In this document: one piece after another, positions 51,401-63,879 of the stretch
Layout of the letters: every line of letters starts with the position of its first letter
Numbering within the stretch: position 1 is the first letter of the stretch
Source of the DNA: Bugula neritina
Lineage: Eukaryota > Animalia > Bryozoa
Direction: 5' to 3'
DNA: 64,000 nt
Assembly (NCBI GenBank): GCA_964035545.1
Contig: OZ037769.1
Span: forward strand, 6,057,929 to 6,121,928
Translations under genes and position numbers: made by a program
Notes under the pieces: model-generated
The model's database searches: none
What the model was told of the DNA's origin: nothing
What the model saw: only the letters and a program-made list of their open reading frames with translations

Positions 51401-54400
51401 GACCATCTCAGCTGCTGTCTGACTGTCTAGACATATAATATAATGTAATACAATATAATAGATATCCCAAGCATTGAATAATTGTGATGGACCGCAGCCA
51501 AATGTACCAGGCTATGAGACCTGGCAAACACCTCGGCTGTGTCCTATTAGTTGTACTCAGAGACTTCAATGGCTGACCTTACTCGCTTTCTGAGTTTGGA
51601 GTTTTTATTGGAACTAAGTTTGACTTCTGCACCTTCCATGTTATGACTTCACATTTGCACAAAGTTGTAAATGTTACAAGGAATATTTTGAGTAGGTTGT
51701 GCACTATTAAGCTTTTCAAAACACTTGAATAAGTTGGGAATGTCTTCACAACATTCCGGAAACATTGTTGCATCCTTTTGTAGTCTATTTGTTTGGTATT
51801 TTTTAAAAGAAAACTATTGTTCATAAGTTTTTGTTCTAAAACTGCGAAGCGCTTGTAGTGAAGTGAAATAGTTGGTACAGCAGCTGCAATTCAGCATATT
51901 TGTATAACTTTAAATATTAAAACTTATTCTAGTATCTGGTATTCAGTATTCATTACTTGGTATCTAGTACTTAGTATTCAGTGATTAGTACTCAGTATTT
52001 AGTACTGAGTATGTAGTACCCAGTACTGAGTACTTGGTATTTAGTACTGAGTATGTAGTACCCAATACTTAGTATCCTCCATGTATGAATGTGTTTGTAT
52101 CTCAACAGGTCGATCTGAACCAACTGCTCCGGGCAGTATGTCTGGGGCAGCCGTGTGCGTCCAGAGCCGAGTTTCCGGCAGCAGTGAGGTATCTGCAGAG
52201 ATATGCTTAGCCTGGCACATGCCCACTGTAAGTATATTGTATGTATTCCAACTCTAAGTATATTGTATGTGTTCCAAATCTAAGTATATTGTATGTATTC
52301 CACTCTAAGTATGTTGTATGTATTCTACTGTAAGTATATTGTATGTATTCCCGCTGTATGTACACTGTATGTATACTTCCTGTGAGTATATTGTAGGTAT
52401 GTTTACTGTTGGTACATTATAAAGATAGTATGGGTTGGGTAGAATTGTTCTAGAAGCAGCTCCGAGTTGGGGGTGAATTAGTGCAGTAGTTTGGGGTTCT
52501 CAAGCTTGGAGTTAGGGGACCTAACTCCAAGCTTGAGAATCCCCAAACTACTGCACTAATTCACCCCCAACTCTGAGCTGCTTTTAGAATAATTCTGTTG
52601 GTAGTATTCAGTATAAGTTAAAATAGTTACTGTAGTTGGTTTGCATGTGTCACAGTCTATGTGAGCATCGGCCTCATAGTTTAATATATCACCATAGTCT
52701 ATGGACCTTATAGGTAGAGTTTGGGGGTGGTGGCGGGATATACAGGAGGCGCTATGCTCGTTGGTTCCCGGGTGACAATGCTGGTGTGGAGTTGTGTTCT
52801 TATGCTCTGTCAGCATACCACAGCTGGGATAAACAAATAGAAGAGTGGCAGAGACCAGTCATAAGTTCATCGTAAGTTTGGTTCTCCTGACAAGTAACTG
52901 TATATCTGTAACGTCTGCATGAGTTACTGTGACGTCTGCATGAGTCACTGTGACGTCTGCATGAGTTACTGTGACGTCTGCATGAGTTACTGTGACATCT
53001 GTATGAGTTACTGTGACGTCTGAATGAATTACTGTGACATCTACATGAGCTACTGGTGCTAATGGTCAAACTAATTGCCGTATTTTTAGGGTAACTTAAG
53101 TTTTGATTTCTTTCAGTTTTTACATGAAATATGAGGTGTTAGCAAACACTTGCAGTTAGATATTCTCCATAATGTACACTGACTTGCTGTAGTATATCAG
53201 TGATAGATTACTACTGCACAGTTCACAAACATCACTCTGAACGTTACATAACAATTGACTAGTACTATTTCTGGGATGGTTCAAGACTGTCTAAATGTCT
53301 GTGCTGTGTTATATTTAGGCTGCGTATTTCAAGTCCACATAACTTTGTTTTCCAACTTTGAAAGTCATCCAACTTGTGAAACTGGACTTTATTTATAGAA
53401 GGTTGTTCAAAGCAAAAGAGAAAAACATTTGATAGACATGTAACCTCCATGTCATTTCTAATTGAATTTTTTATGATATTATTTATGTATATGTAGCATG
53501 TCATTATTAACTTTTTCAACCTATATATTATCGTTTTATTATAGTCTTGCATGTTGAGATAGGCTGAAAATACCCTGTCTGCGTGGTTTTTTTACCAATG
53601 CCTTGAGTTCCTTTGTCCTATCTACAACTGAGTCAGCCCTAGAACCTGCTGGCTGTTTATTCTTTTGGGATACTCTCATACCTCCCCTATCAAATAGTAA
53701 CTAGTTTTAGCAAAGGCAGTTTGGATACTGGCTATATTCCTAACAGAACAACATGTGTGAAATATGAGTAAATAAGGTGTATGCTGGTAGATGGCAAGTG
53801 TACAGGCTCCAATAGGAATCTACCTTTCACTAGCTCCCTCAGAATTCCTTGAAGTGTTGGCCCATGTCCCAAACCTTAGCATTGAACTCTGTTCTAGTGT
53901 GAAGTCTTTTTATAGTAATATTTACACACTGTAACAAGTGCACTGTGTAGTAATACACACTGTGACAGGTGCCCTGTGTAGTAATACACACTATGACAGG
54001 TGCCCTGTGTAGTAATACACACTATGACAGGTACCTTGTGTGGTAAGGTACACTGTGACATGTTTGTAGGCTCCCTTCCTGGTATAAATCTGCCATATTC
54101 AACGAGCTCTACTTTGTGTCTGATGGTGGTACTGTGTGGTTAGACAAGCTAGATGACAATTCAGTTGCAGAGGTTCATGAAACACAGCTGATCAATGAAT
54201 ATGGGAAGTTTGCCTACTTGGAAGGTACACAATCTGTCATTTCTTTAGTTCCGTAGCTCATGTAGCACTAATGTGTATACCATTGCAACAATGAGCAACT
54301 TCATTTTCTCCTATTTCTACCCACTGATTGACTCTTATTGTTGCAATCTTGCAATACATATTTTATTCTTTAGATAATTTGGTAAAAAGTTCAGATATGT

Positions 54401-57400
54401 TGTTTTTGTGAATAGCATAATTGAAGTTTGCGTAATTTTTGTTCCTGTGTAATAGGAGTGAATAATACTGTGAATAGTAGATTGCAGTCATACTTGATCA
54501 GCCATATATGAAAACACTTTCTAGGTCATGAATACAGGATGTACAATACATATGATGTCCACTTCTATGCTTCCTTTGCTCTTATAATGAACTGGCCTAA
54601 ATTGCAACTATCTCTACAGTATGATATGGGTAGGTCGTTGCATGTGGTACTCTCTATTTATTCATATTGAATACTCATCTCACAAATAATTTGTATTTTT
54701 GTGCTGATTATCACCTGTGGCTATCTTCCCATATTATGTAGATATACTGCATTGATACTAATGCCTGTATCTGTTTCATCATTCATTTGTGTATTTATTC
54801 TATATTTGGAGTTGCCTTACCAGAGGTTTATGTGTACAGTATATACTATAATTTAAATCTAAGCTCACTAGGAAAATCTGTTAGCGTATGTTTTAGAAAA
54901 GCTTGAAATACTTTTTGCTTGATCATTAAATTTTATCAACTTAATTACTGCAACACCACAGGACAAAAATAGCAATTTTTTGCATTTCTTTTCAACAGAA
55001 TTTAGTTGCTCATTAGTGGTGTTGTTAAGAATTCGGATTTACCATGGTTGCTTCATGGTATTGTGTTTGATGAAAATACATCTCAGATTCATTTGTAAAA
55101 CTACAACCAAAATTTAGCAGGTGTAAGCACTCAAAATTAGCATAGCAAAAGTTCTATTCAATTCATTTCTATTTCTCCTTGGTGTGTTCTGATTATGTAT
55201 ATAATACCTACTACTGTTCCATCTGGAGTTATGTTATATTGTACGTATGTGCTATTGCTACACTAGGAGTTATCTTACTATGTATGTGCTATTACTACAC
55301 TAGGAGTTATCTTACTATGTATGTGTTATTACTACACTAGAAGTTATCTTACTATGTATATGCTATTACTACACTAGGAGTTATCTTACTATGTATATGC
55401 TATTGCTACACTAGGAGTTATCTTACTATGTATATGCTATTGCTACACTAGGAGTTATCTTACTATGTATGTGTTATTTCTACACTAGGAGTTATCTTAC
55501 TATGTATATGCTATTGCTACACTAGGAGTTATCTTACTATGTATGTGCTAACACTACACTAGGAGTTATCTTACTGTGTATATGCTATTGCTACACTAGG
55601 AGTTATCTTACTATGTATGTGCTAACACTACACTAGGAGTTATCTTATTATTTATATGCTATTACTACACTAGAAGTTATCTTACTATGTATGTGTTATT
55701 ACTACACTAGAAGTTATCTTACTATTTATGTGTTATTACTACACTAGGAGTTATCTTACTATGTATATGCTATTGCTACACTAGGAGTTATCTTACTATG
55801 TATGTATTATTACTACACTAGAAGTTATCTTACTATGTATGTGTTATTTCTACACTAGGAGTTATCTTACTATGTATATGCTATTGCTACACTAGGAGTT
55901 ATCTTACTATGTATGTGCTAACACTACACTAGGAGTTATCTTACTGTGTATATGCTATTGCTACACTAGGAGTTATCTTACTATTTATATGCTATTACTA
56001 CACTAGAAGTTATCTTACTATGTATGTGTTATTACTACACTAGAAGTTATCTTACTATTTATGTGTTATTACTACACTAGGAGTTATCTTACTATGTATA
56101 TGCTATTGCTACACTAGGAGTTATCTTACTATGTATGTATTATTACTACACTAGAAGTTATCTTACTATGTATGTGTTATTACTACCCTAGGAGTTGTCT
56201 TACATTGTATTCATATGTTATTCCAGCTCATGCCATCAACTCAGTTGATCCTAAGGTGATCAGTTACATAATGGATGGAAAGACTGCACCAGTCAAGGAA
56301 GAGCACTGTGTACCACATGACCTTGGTGACCCAGGTAAGAAAACTCCAACACACATCTTATCACTATAACTACTTGCATGCTTTGCATGTTCAGCTCTTT
56401 AATGCTATATGATAGGACAATAAGTTGCAAGTTTTGTTTCTAACAATAAAAACACAGATGACTCTGAAATGCTGCCAAGCCAACTGTTACATAATGCAGA
56501 GTCAAGTTTCCATGATACGAATGGGTTTGTGGGTAATGGTTAACATTAACCTGTGGTTGTGGTTTCATTCATTGATATTGTCCCATGCATGAATGAAAAA
56601 TGGGTATGTAGTGAAATATGTTTTACTTCTAATTTTTAGTTTGTTTCACTTGCCATATTTGCCTCCTCCTCTTTCCTTTGTTATGTACAATAATATATAG
56701 CTTGTCTGTTTACTTCCCTGCATGGTTTGGGCGTTTATATAAGTTGTAATAAATTCATATAAACGGAGCTATGCTTTATCTGCATACAATGATTATATTA
56801 GCATACTTTCTACTCTATCACAAATGTTATTCTCAGCATGTTGTTACAGAGGATGAGCCGTGGAGTAACATCAACTGCTACACAATACACCCCACAGCTG
56901 ATTGGAAAGATCTCAACCCTAAGTTTGTGCTGCAAGTGATGAGGGACTACCATATTACTAAAGACAAAGAGTATTTATCTGATATGTTCCCTGTAGTACT
57001 GGTAGGTACAAAGAGTATAATTATGATATATTCCCTGTAGTGCTGGTAGGTACAAAGAGTATTTATCGAATATTTTGTCTAGTGATAAACACAGGTTTTT
57101 GACTTTTTCCTACAACATTCTTCTGTGAAATGTCAAAGCTGTCATTTATTAGAGTTGTCTTACATTTTGTGGTGTGTTCCAGTCAGTGATGAACAAGACG
57201 TTGAGGTTTGATATTGATGACGACGGTATGATAGAAAATGGTGGATACGCTGACCAGACGTACGACACGTGGACAGCTACCGGTACTAGTGCATACTGCG
57301 GGGGTCTGTGGCTGGCAGCTAACAGGGTGAGTGTTAAGAGACTTTCACTGGTTGTTTGTCTCTTACTAAAAAAAAATTGAATAGTATTTGAAGAGTTATA

Positions 57401-59843
57401 TTATCTGGAAGTCAAGTTTCTTGCTCTGTAAACCATTTGATTGTTTCACCTGAATCTTAATAATATGGTTATTATTTGTTTAAAATATCAACTTTTTTCA
57501 CCAGCAAACATATGCACTATGTTGACATATGTTATAAAATGTGCCTTTACTGCTTCTAGGAGTACTAAACTAGATTTAATGTGTAATTTACTTACATGGT
57601 TTATATACACATATCTAGTCCGATTAGTTTAGCTTACTAGAGATAGGCACAGCTTCTCATGTATTCAACTGTTGATTGCATTTTTAAGAATAACAAAGTA
57701 ATAATGTTTTTAATTTATCAGCTCTTATTATTATACTACGTGCATTTAATTGTTGTGGGAAATTTATACTGTATATCTAACTATAGGTACAATGTAGTAG
57801 TTTTTATAAATAGTCTGTGTATTCAACTGTTGAAAATTTTTGTGTTTTGAATTTAAGATACCAACATGTGTAAAAAGATGAAATTTATAGAGTGTACGTA
57901 ATACTGATTAGTTATTGTCTATCCCTGCAGTGTACTATAGAAATGTGTAAAATCCTGGACAAGTCTGAACATGTGGAACATTATCAACAGCTTCTAACCA
58001 GAGCATCTCAGGCTTATGATGAGAAACTGTGGAATGGTAGGTGTTTACGTGTAGATATCTTTGCTCAATTGGCGGTTGAATAAACTGATAATTTTTTGGA
58101 ATGGGTAGGTTTTTGGCTTTTAAATGGTTGTTTATTCAAGTGACAGTTGTTGAATATTTATATCTTAATAAAAATGATAATCAAAAGATGAGTGATTGCT
58201 GAATATAATATGATTATTATCTGCAGCTAAATACTATAATCATTATCTGCAGGTAAATATTATAATTACGACTCGAGTAAGAGTCGTCATCACCAGCACA
58301 TCATGTCCGACCAGCTGTGTGGTCACTGGTACCTCAAGTCATGTGGAATAACAGACGAGCAGGTGAGTTGCACTATTATTATGTAATCTACACTGGAGTT
58401 ATCTTTTCTCTTGGTATGTACTCTATACTAGAGTTATCTACTCCTTTAGTATGTACAGTCTACACTAGAGTTATCTACTCTATTAGTATGTACAGTCTAC
58501 ACTGAAGTTATCTACTCTATTAGTATGTACTCTACACTGGAGTTATCTGCTTTATTAGTATGTACAGTCTACACTGAAGTTATCTACTCTATTAGTATGT
58601 ACAGTCTACACTAGAGTTATCTACTCCTTTAGTATGTACAGTCTACACTAGAGTTATCTAGTCTATTAGTATGTACAGACTACACTGAAGTTATCTACTC
58701 TATTATTGTAATGCACTACAGTCTGTATAGTGTCCTCCATGTATTTCACAAGCAATTACAATATTCCGTTCAAGGTTGAATTATAGCCTGAGTCTGTGTG
58801 AGTAGATGGTAACATAATATTCCTGTAACATCATGCAGGTGTTTCCCTCGGCTAAAGTGAAGTCTGCATTGCGTACGATATATGAGAACAACGTGCAGAA
58901 GTTCGGTGGAGGTCATATGGGTGCTATTAATGGGTGCAAACCTGATGGGAAGGCAGACAGGACGACGGTGCAGTCTGAGGAGTTCTGGACGGGCGTTTCC
59001 TATGCCCTTTCTGCTAACTTCCTACAAGAGGTACAATTTTCAACTTGTACCTAAATATAGTACTTTAATTTTGGTTTGTCAATTTTATAACCAAATTAGA
59101 TGACAATTTATTCTCATGCTTTTGATCAGCTTTGCTGGGCTCATTTCAGCAGCTTTCTAAAAAGTCGTTGTCTGAAGACGTTTCTTGATCTCAAGCCTGT
59201 TTGAGTAAAATCATCTGATAAAGCACGTTATGTCAGAGCTAGTTTGTGTTTATTAGAATGAACAATAACATTGGGTGGATTTAATGTGTCGGTGTTATTG
59301 AGATTGGGTGATGGAAAAGTTGTGTAGGCTTATTTTAATATAAATAAATGTGCAGTTATTCTATTATATTCAGTTCTATAATGTTGTATTTTGTTATAGT
59401 ATATTATTTTATATTATAGTGTATAATGTGATATTGTATTATATTATGTTATACCATATTATTTTGCATTATGTTATGTTATATCATATTATATTCCGTT
59501 CTATGATATTGGACTGTGTTATATTATGTTATATTATAATATAATAATGTAAAAGTTATATTCTAATATGTTATGTTCTATTATAATATATTATAATGTT
59601 AACACACCTTGCCTTTATTCTCACACCCAGTTGTATTGCCTTCAGGACATGTTAAGTGAAGCGTTCCAGACCTCATATGGAGTGTACAGAGAGGTGTATG
59701 AGGAGAGAGGGCTGGCCTATCAGACCCCCGAAGCGTACATGGACAATGAGATATACAGGTCCCTAGGTTACATGAGACCTCTGGCTATCTGGAGCATACA
59801 GTGGGCTATTGAACAGTATCACCCTGAACTACTCAATGGTTAG
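45471..59843 (+). CDS. GBA2: Non-lysosomal glucosylceramidase (GH116)
   Basis: 18 GT-AG exons: 45471-45685, 45866-45954, 46071-46186, 47600-47824, 48439-48565, 49732-49856, 51214-51316, 52109-52227, 52714-52871, 54070-54224, 54525-54629, 56227-56334, 56850-57001, 57183-57326, 57931-58036, 58253-58362, 58839-59030, 59646-59843. Motifs [66 protein letters not shown]. Confidence 0.97.
46522..46671. mobile_element. Shorter copy of the same Tc1/mariner-type MITE
   Basis: TA|CAGTGCTCCCTC ... GTGAGATATGGAGGGAGCACTG|TA. Confidence 0.85.
47958..48287. mobile_element. Degenerate hAT-like non-autonomous element
   Basis: Ends CAGGGGTGTCTAA ... TGGACAGTGCTG with repeated subterminal G(A/G)GGGCCA. No clear 8-bp TSD. 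Confidence 0.55.
49319..49508. mobile_element. Foldback / palindromic MITE-like element
   Basis: GTCACATTGCTAACTGTGTCAGCACAGTCTGTAGACAAGGGG ... CCCCTTGTCTACAGACTGCTAACACAGTTAGCAATGTGAC, with inner arms GCTGCGGGCATAAAA / TTTTATGCCCTGCAGC. Confidence 0.75.
49880..49966. repeat. 16-bp repeat TACATGTGTTACAGT(A/G) just after a GBA2 donor
   Basis: About 5 copies. Confidence 0.85.
52223..52400. repeat. ~25-bp tandem repeat that starts with the GBA2 exon-8 donor
   Basis: CCACT|GTAAGTATATTGTATGTATTC reiterated about 7 times. An exact ACTGTAAGTATATTG recurs at ~52327. Confidence 0.9.
52441..52596. repeat. Near-perfect 156-bp inverted repeat (76-bp arms, 3-nt loop)
   Basis: The arms differ by 3 substitutions and 1 indel. 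Confidence 0.95.
52895..53055. repeat. 21-bp tandem repeat GTGACGTCTGCATGAGTTACT (~7 copies)
   Basis: Begins ~25 bp after the donor at 52872. Confidence 0.92.
53924..54069. repeat. 31-bp tandem repeat whose last unit ends in the GBA2 acceptor
   Basis: ACACACTGTGACAGGTGCCCTGTGTAGTAAT, about 4.5 copies. The last unit reads ...GACATGTTTGTAG|. Confidence 0.9.
55220..56226. repeat. 37-bp satellite, ~26 copies, ending at a GBA2 acceptor
   Basis: Unit CTACACTAGGAGTTATCTTACTATGTAT(A/G)TG(C/T)TATT(A/G). Units start at 55258, 55295, ... 56183. Confidence 0.97.
58388..58712. repeat. Second 37-bp satellite, ~9 copies
   Basis: Unit CTACACTAGAGTTATCTACTCTATTAGTATGTACAGT. Confidence 0.95.
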
Positions 59844-60989
59844 ATCTTGCCTTGCTCTATAATTGGTTATTGTTATGCACTTCGAACAGCATGATGTTTA
59901 TTATTGTAAAGTTACTGATTTGTTAAACCGATTAGAAACTCAGCTCTTTAATGTACAAACTTGTTTAAAATTCAAAACTTTTTGTTTTTCGATGGAACAC
60001 TCAAATTGCAATGAATTTGTGTTTGAAATTGAAAGTTGAAAAATATGGAATGTGATTCCTGCTTTTCTGCTCTGAGTTTTTCTTTTCAAAGTTTGAAACG
60101 CAGGAGTTTTGTGTAGTCGTTCATTCAGCTGCACTACATACATGTTCAGTGTTCATACGACCTTCACGAAAAGTTGCAGTTGTCTCCCATGTATAAAACT
60201 TGTATCTTCAGGTACCAAAGTGGTGGAGAAAGTTCACAGACTGGCTTCACTATCTAGCCTTAGTGCAATGTCACAGACAGTCTGTTCGGGTGGGGATACG
60301 GGGGAGTCACTAGATGCCCCACCCAACACTGCTGCTGAACACAATGGTGTAGTCAATGTGACTCCAGTGGTGGTCGCCAACTGATGACTCACAACCTCCT
60401 CCATAACCAATGGTGTTGTACCTCGTCTTTCAATCTTATTTCTCTCTTCAGAATTCTCTACTACAAACTCAGGCTGTGTTCTAGTAGCATCAGAATTTGA
60501 GCTCTTAGGAAAAGTGCCTCAGGCTTTATATATGCAATTTTTTGTGTTCTGTCATTGAATATTTTCATTAAATGTGCATTTATATGATAACAATTGTTAT
60601 GAGATGTGGGAATCTTTTTGTTTTGTACTTGTGGCTACACTCTGATAACCTGTATATCTGCTGGTGTAGTGTTTAGGTAAATATTACAACTTAAAAGTCT
60701 AATATATTCATTTTATATTTTTTTTTGGTTAAAGAAAAATATTTGCATTTTTACTGAACCATTCTCTCAACCATCAAGTATTACTATATACATTCTATGG
60801 TTTTAGCTAAGTTTTATTACACTGGTAGCACATTCACTCTAGACTGCTTCTAATATTGATGCTGAGTCAGCAGTCACATGATCAGTTCTATCATTTGTGC
60901 ATGCTGTAGTTAGTCAAATATACCCATATGACATTGCCTGCAAGGTAGCTGTGATATGACAGGTACTTTGTAATAAAGCTATTCCCTGC

Positions 60990-61130
60990 TACATGCCACC
61001 TACTGACACATGTCACATACTGAACACTGTCATATACATGGTACGGTCACATGCTAAACACTGGCATATGTTACATACTGACACATGTCACATGCTGACA
61101 CATGCCACATGCTAAACGCTGTCATAAGCT
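60990..61130. repeat. Degenerate short tandem repeat (CTGACACATGTCACAT(A/G))
   Basis: Seen directly in the sequence. Confidence 0.75.
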
Positions 61131-62112
61131 AAACAGGGATACTCCTAAGCATCGCATACGTTTCTGTCTATGTTTTCAAATATGGTAGAGTTTTACGATT
61201 TTTACTAGGCCACTCAATGCTAAGATAAGTTTTTCTGGCTTTTGTTCAATAAAGCATTACCAGAAGGCTTAAAATTGCAACGATATTCTTTTTAAGAAAG
61301 TTGTTTTCTAATGATGTTTGTAAATGCTAGACTTGCATAATGGTCATATTGTTTAATGCACAATGTTTTATTTTTATTTTAGTACTAATTATTTATGTTT
61401 TACAGCACATGGCTAATAACTCAAGTTTTAGTTATCGTATGTCCTACAGATTTATCAGATTCCCTTGCTTACCATGATATCTACATTAATATTATTTATT
61501 TCATCAGTACTATGTAACATCCACATACCTATATGTTTTATTTTACTTCTTATTTTGCACTATTCATGTTATTTTCTGTGATGATTTTACAACTTCTATT
61601 GAAAAGGTGGGTTTTTAGTCAATTATAAAACAGGTGTATTGCATAGCATATAATAAATCTATTTGCATCTCAGCTGTTGGATGTGTTGTAGCTTTTGTCT
61701 ATATATGTTTTTTAAAAGAACTGTTCAGTTAGAGCTCTTTCATATACTGCCACTATAATACTTGCATAATATTACCTATTATTTTCATAGTAGCTTGTTT
61801 AAATAATTTCTTTCAAATGATGCATATTGCTCTATTATGTTCTACAATGTTATACTGGACTTTTATGGCAGTCCTAATTGTAGACTATTTGACAATAAAC
61901 ATCAAGTGCTCCAATGCACCCCTTATTGGCAGGTGCTTTATCTTGAAGTTTATCTTAACAAATTTCTTATTTAAAGGCAGTCAACTTATAGAAAAGAATT
62001 GATACAATTGTTAATGCAGTTAATAGCATTATCTGAATGTAATAACTATTGCCAATTGTACAGGTGAATGAGTTGTTACTACTGCTAGAGTGTAAACTTT
62101 TTGTTTACATCG

Positions 62113-62127
62113 GTTACGCTTAGCGAC
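62113..62127. promoter_or_regulatory. Possible RFX X-box upstream of the EF-hand gene
   Basis: GTTACGCTTAGCGAC is an imperfect X-box-like inverted half-site pair ~230 bp before the ATG. Confidence 0.3.
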
Positions 62128-62358
62128 CACATTAAAACTATAGCATTAACCTTTAATTTACTATTTAATGTTATCTGAAATGAAGGTAACTACCTAATTA
62201 TAGTTCAATTTAACTATTCCACAGGTATGTTATTATACTAATAGTTATTTATCAATAAATATGTAAGAATACTAATCAGGTTTATCATTTGTATGTAGTC
62301 TGTATGACAAGTTGTATTTTATGTTGCTCTTGCTGCCGCTATGTTGAATAGATTGAAG

Positions 62359-63879
62359 ATGAGTCGTCCGGCATCCATGGCATCTGGGCGATTGCCGGTG
62401 CTGCCACACATCAAGCATCCCCTGTCTGATTTAACGCCTGGAGATCGAGTAGGAGGTATCAATACCAGCAGACTGGGTGATCTGAATGGCCGTCCTTTGG
62501 GTACTGAGGAACGGCCATTCTCTCGACCTCGTTCTAATCTGTTCAACAGACGCCATGTTATTAAAGGTACTCTATTACATATGATACAGTGTACCACCAT
62601 GTAGTCTAGCTTAAACTGGGGTTATATGCGTGTTGACAAGTTTGCTAAACCTAGTTTCCTTACTACTCACTATGGATCACTGTTGTTAGGACTTATCCTT
62701 TGCTTTTCAGCTCCATCAACATATTTTTGGTAGAATTTACTATAGAGCATGGTATGTGAAGCTCTAATTTAATTATTGTGATAATATCAAAATGAGTTTC
62801 TGTGAACACATTGTAGCTGCTGCTGAGAAGAATCCCAATGCTCATCACCACATAACTGAACGCAAGTATACAGAAGCCGGGGCAGGTCAAGACTGCGTTG
62901 ATAGAGAAGTACTAAGTCCTTATGTTGGAGACCGTGGCTATAGAGACATTAAAACACCGTCTAGCCGTCCAGGTAACTGTAGACATGCAATCAGCTACTA
63001 TATGCTGTTAAATGTTGCCGCAACGTCATATCTGTAATCTCTCTTGCCTCTTGGATTTTGGGAGGTTAATATTACAATAAACTGTATAAATAGACTTTAT
63101 AAGCATTATAAGAATGTGTTACAACCTATGCAATTTCAGACCTATAATATCATAACGTTACATTGAATATGCACACTTTTAAGCCTTTTAGAAAAAAAAT
63201 TCAACACAATTTAAATGTTTATGTCTGCACATTGCACAGCCATCTTCAAACAACATTTCTATGATTAAGCTCTTTAAAATCACCAGAGCTGCTGTAAATA
63301 GAGTCGATTATTATCTTCCTCCAATAGATTCTAAACCACTGGTCATTCCAAGAGATGGTAATAGGCTGTCATCCCGTAGTTCAACTAGAGCTGATCTCAG
63401 ACTAGAAGTTGACGAATTAGAAGCTGTTATCAGAGAAAAGTGCCGAAATAATCAAACAGAGGTTCAGAAAAGGTTTAGAGATAATGACGCCCAAGGCCAC
63501 GGTACAATTACCAGGTATAGCCATTGCAACAAGCTGATCGTCTACAAACAGGAAATAACAAACCTGATCATTTGCTAAAAGCACTTTAATATTTTGCTGT
63601 TAATATTGTAGATGTGCTTATTTTATTTGTTTTCTAATAACTATGTAGTTAAGGACTAAATGACAGTAGCCTACATCTTTTCATATACAGCTATTCCATT
63701 TACTTCCTATGTATGTGTTGTGGTAAACGCACTGTTGTTTCTGTCCATAGAGATGCCCTTCTCCGTGTGATTGTCACTCTAACAGCTCGTCCTGTCAGTC
63801 ACCTGCTCTTTCAACGTCTTCTTGTCAGATTCGGAATCGAGGATCAAACAAGTTTCACATATTCTGATTTTATTGATAG
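62359..63879 (+). CDS. EF-hand domain protein, EFCAB6-like (5' part; continues beyond window)
   Basis: Phase-consistent exons 62359-62566, 62817-62972, 63328-63514, 63751-63879. EF-hand-like pair VQKRFRDNDAQGHGTITRDALLRVI ... FQRLLVRFGIEDQTSFTYSDFIDR. Confidence 0.7.

Noticed and set aside
52800-53069. RRHSNSC-repeat ORF
   Set aside because: Translation of the 21-bp intronic repeat.
55220-56226. CRISPR-like array (37-bp repeat)
   Set aside because: Units are head-to-tail with no unique spacers, there are no cas genes, and the array sits in a eukaryotic intron.
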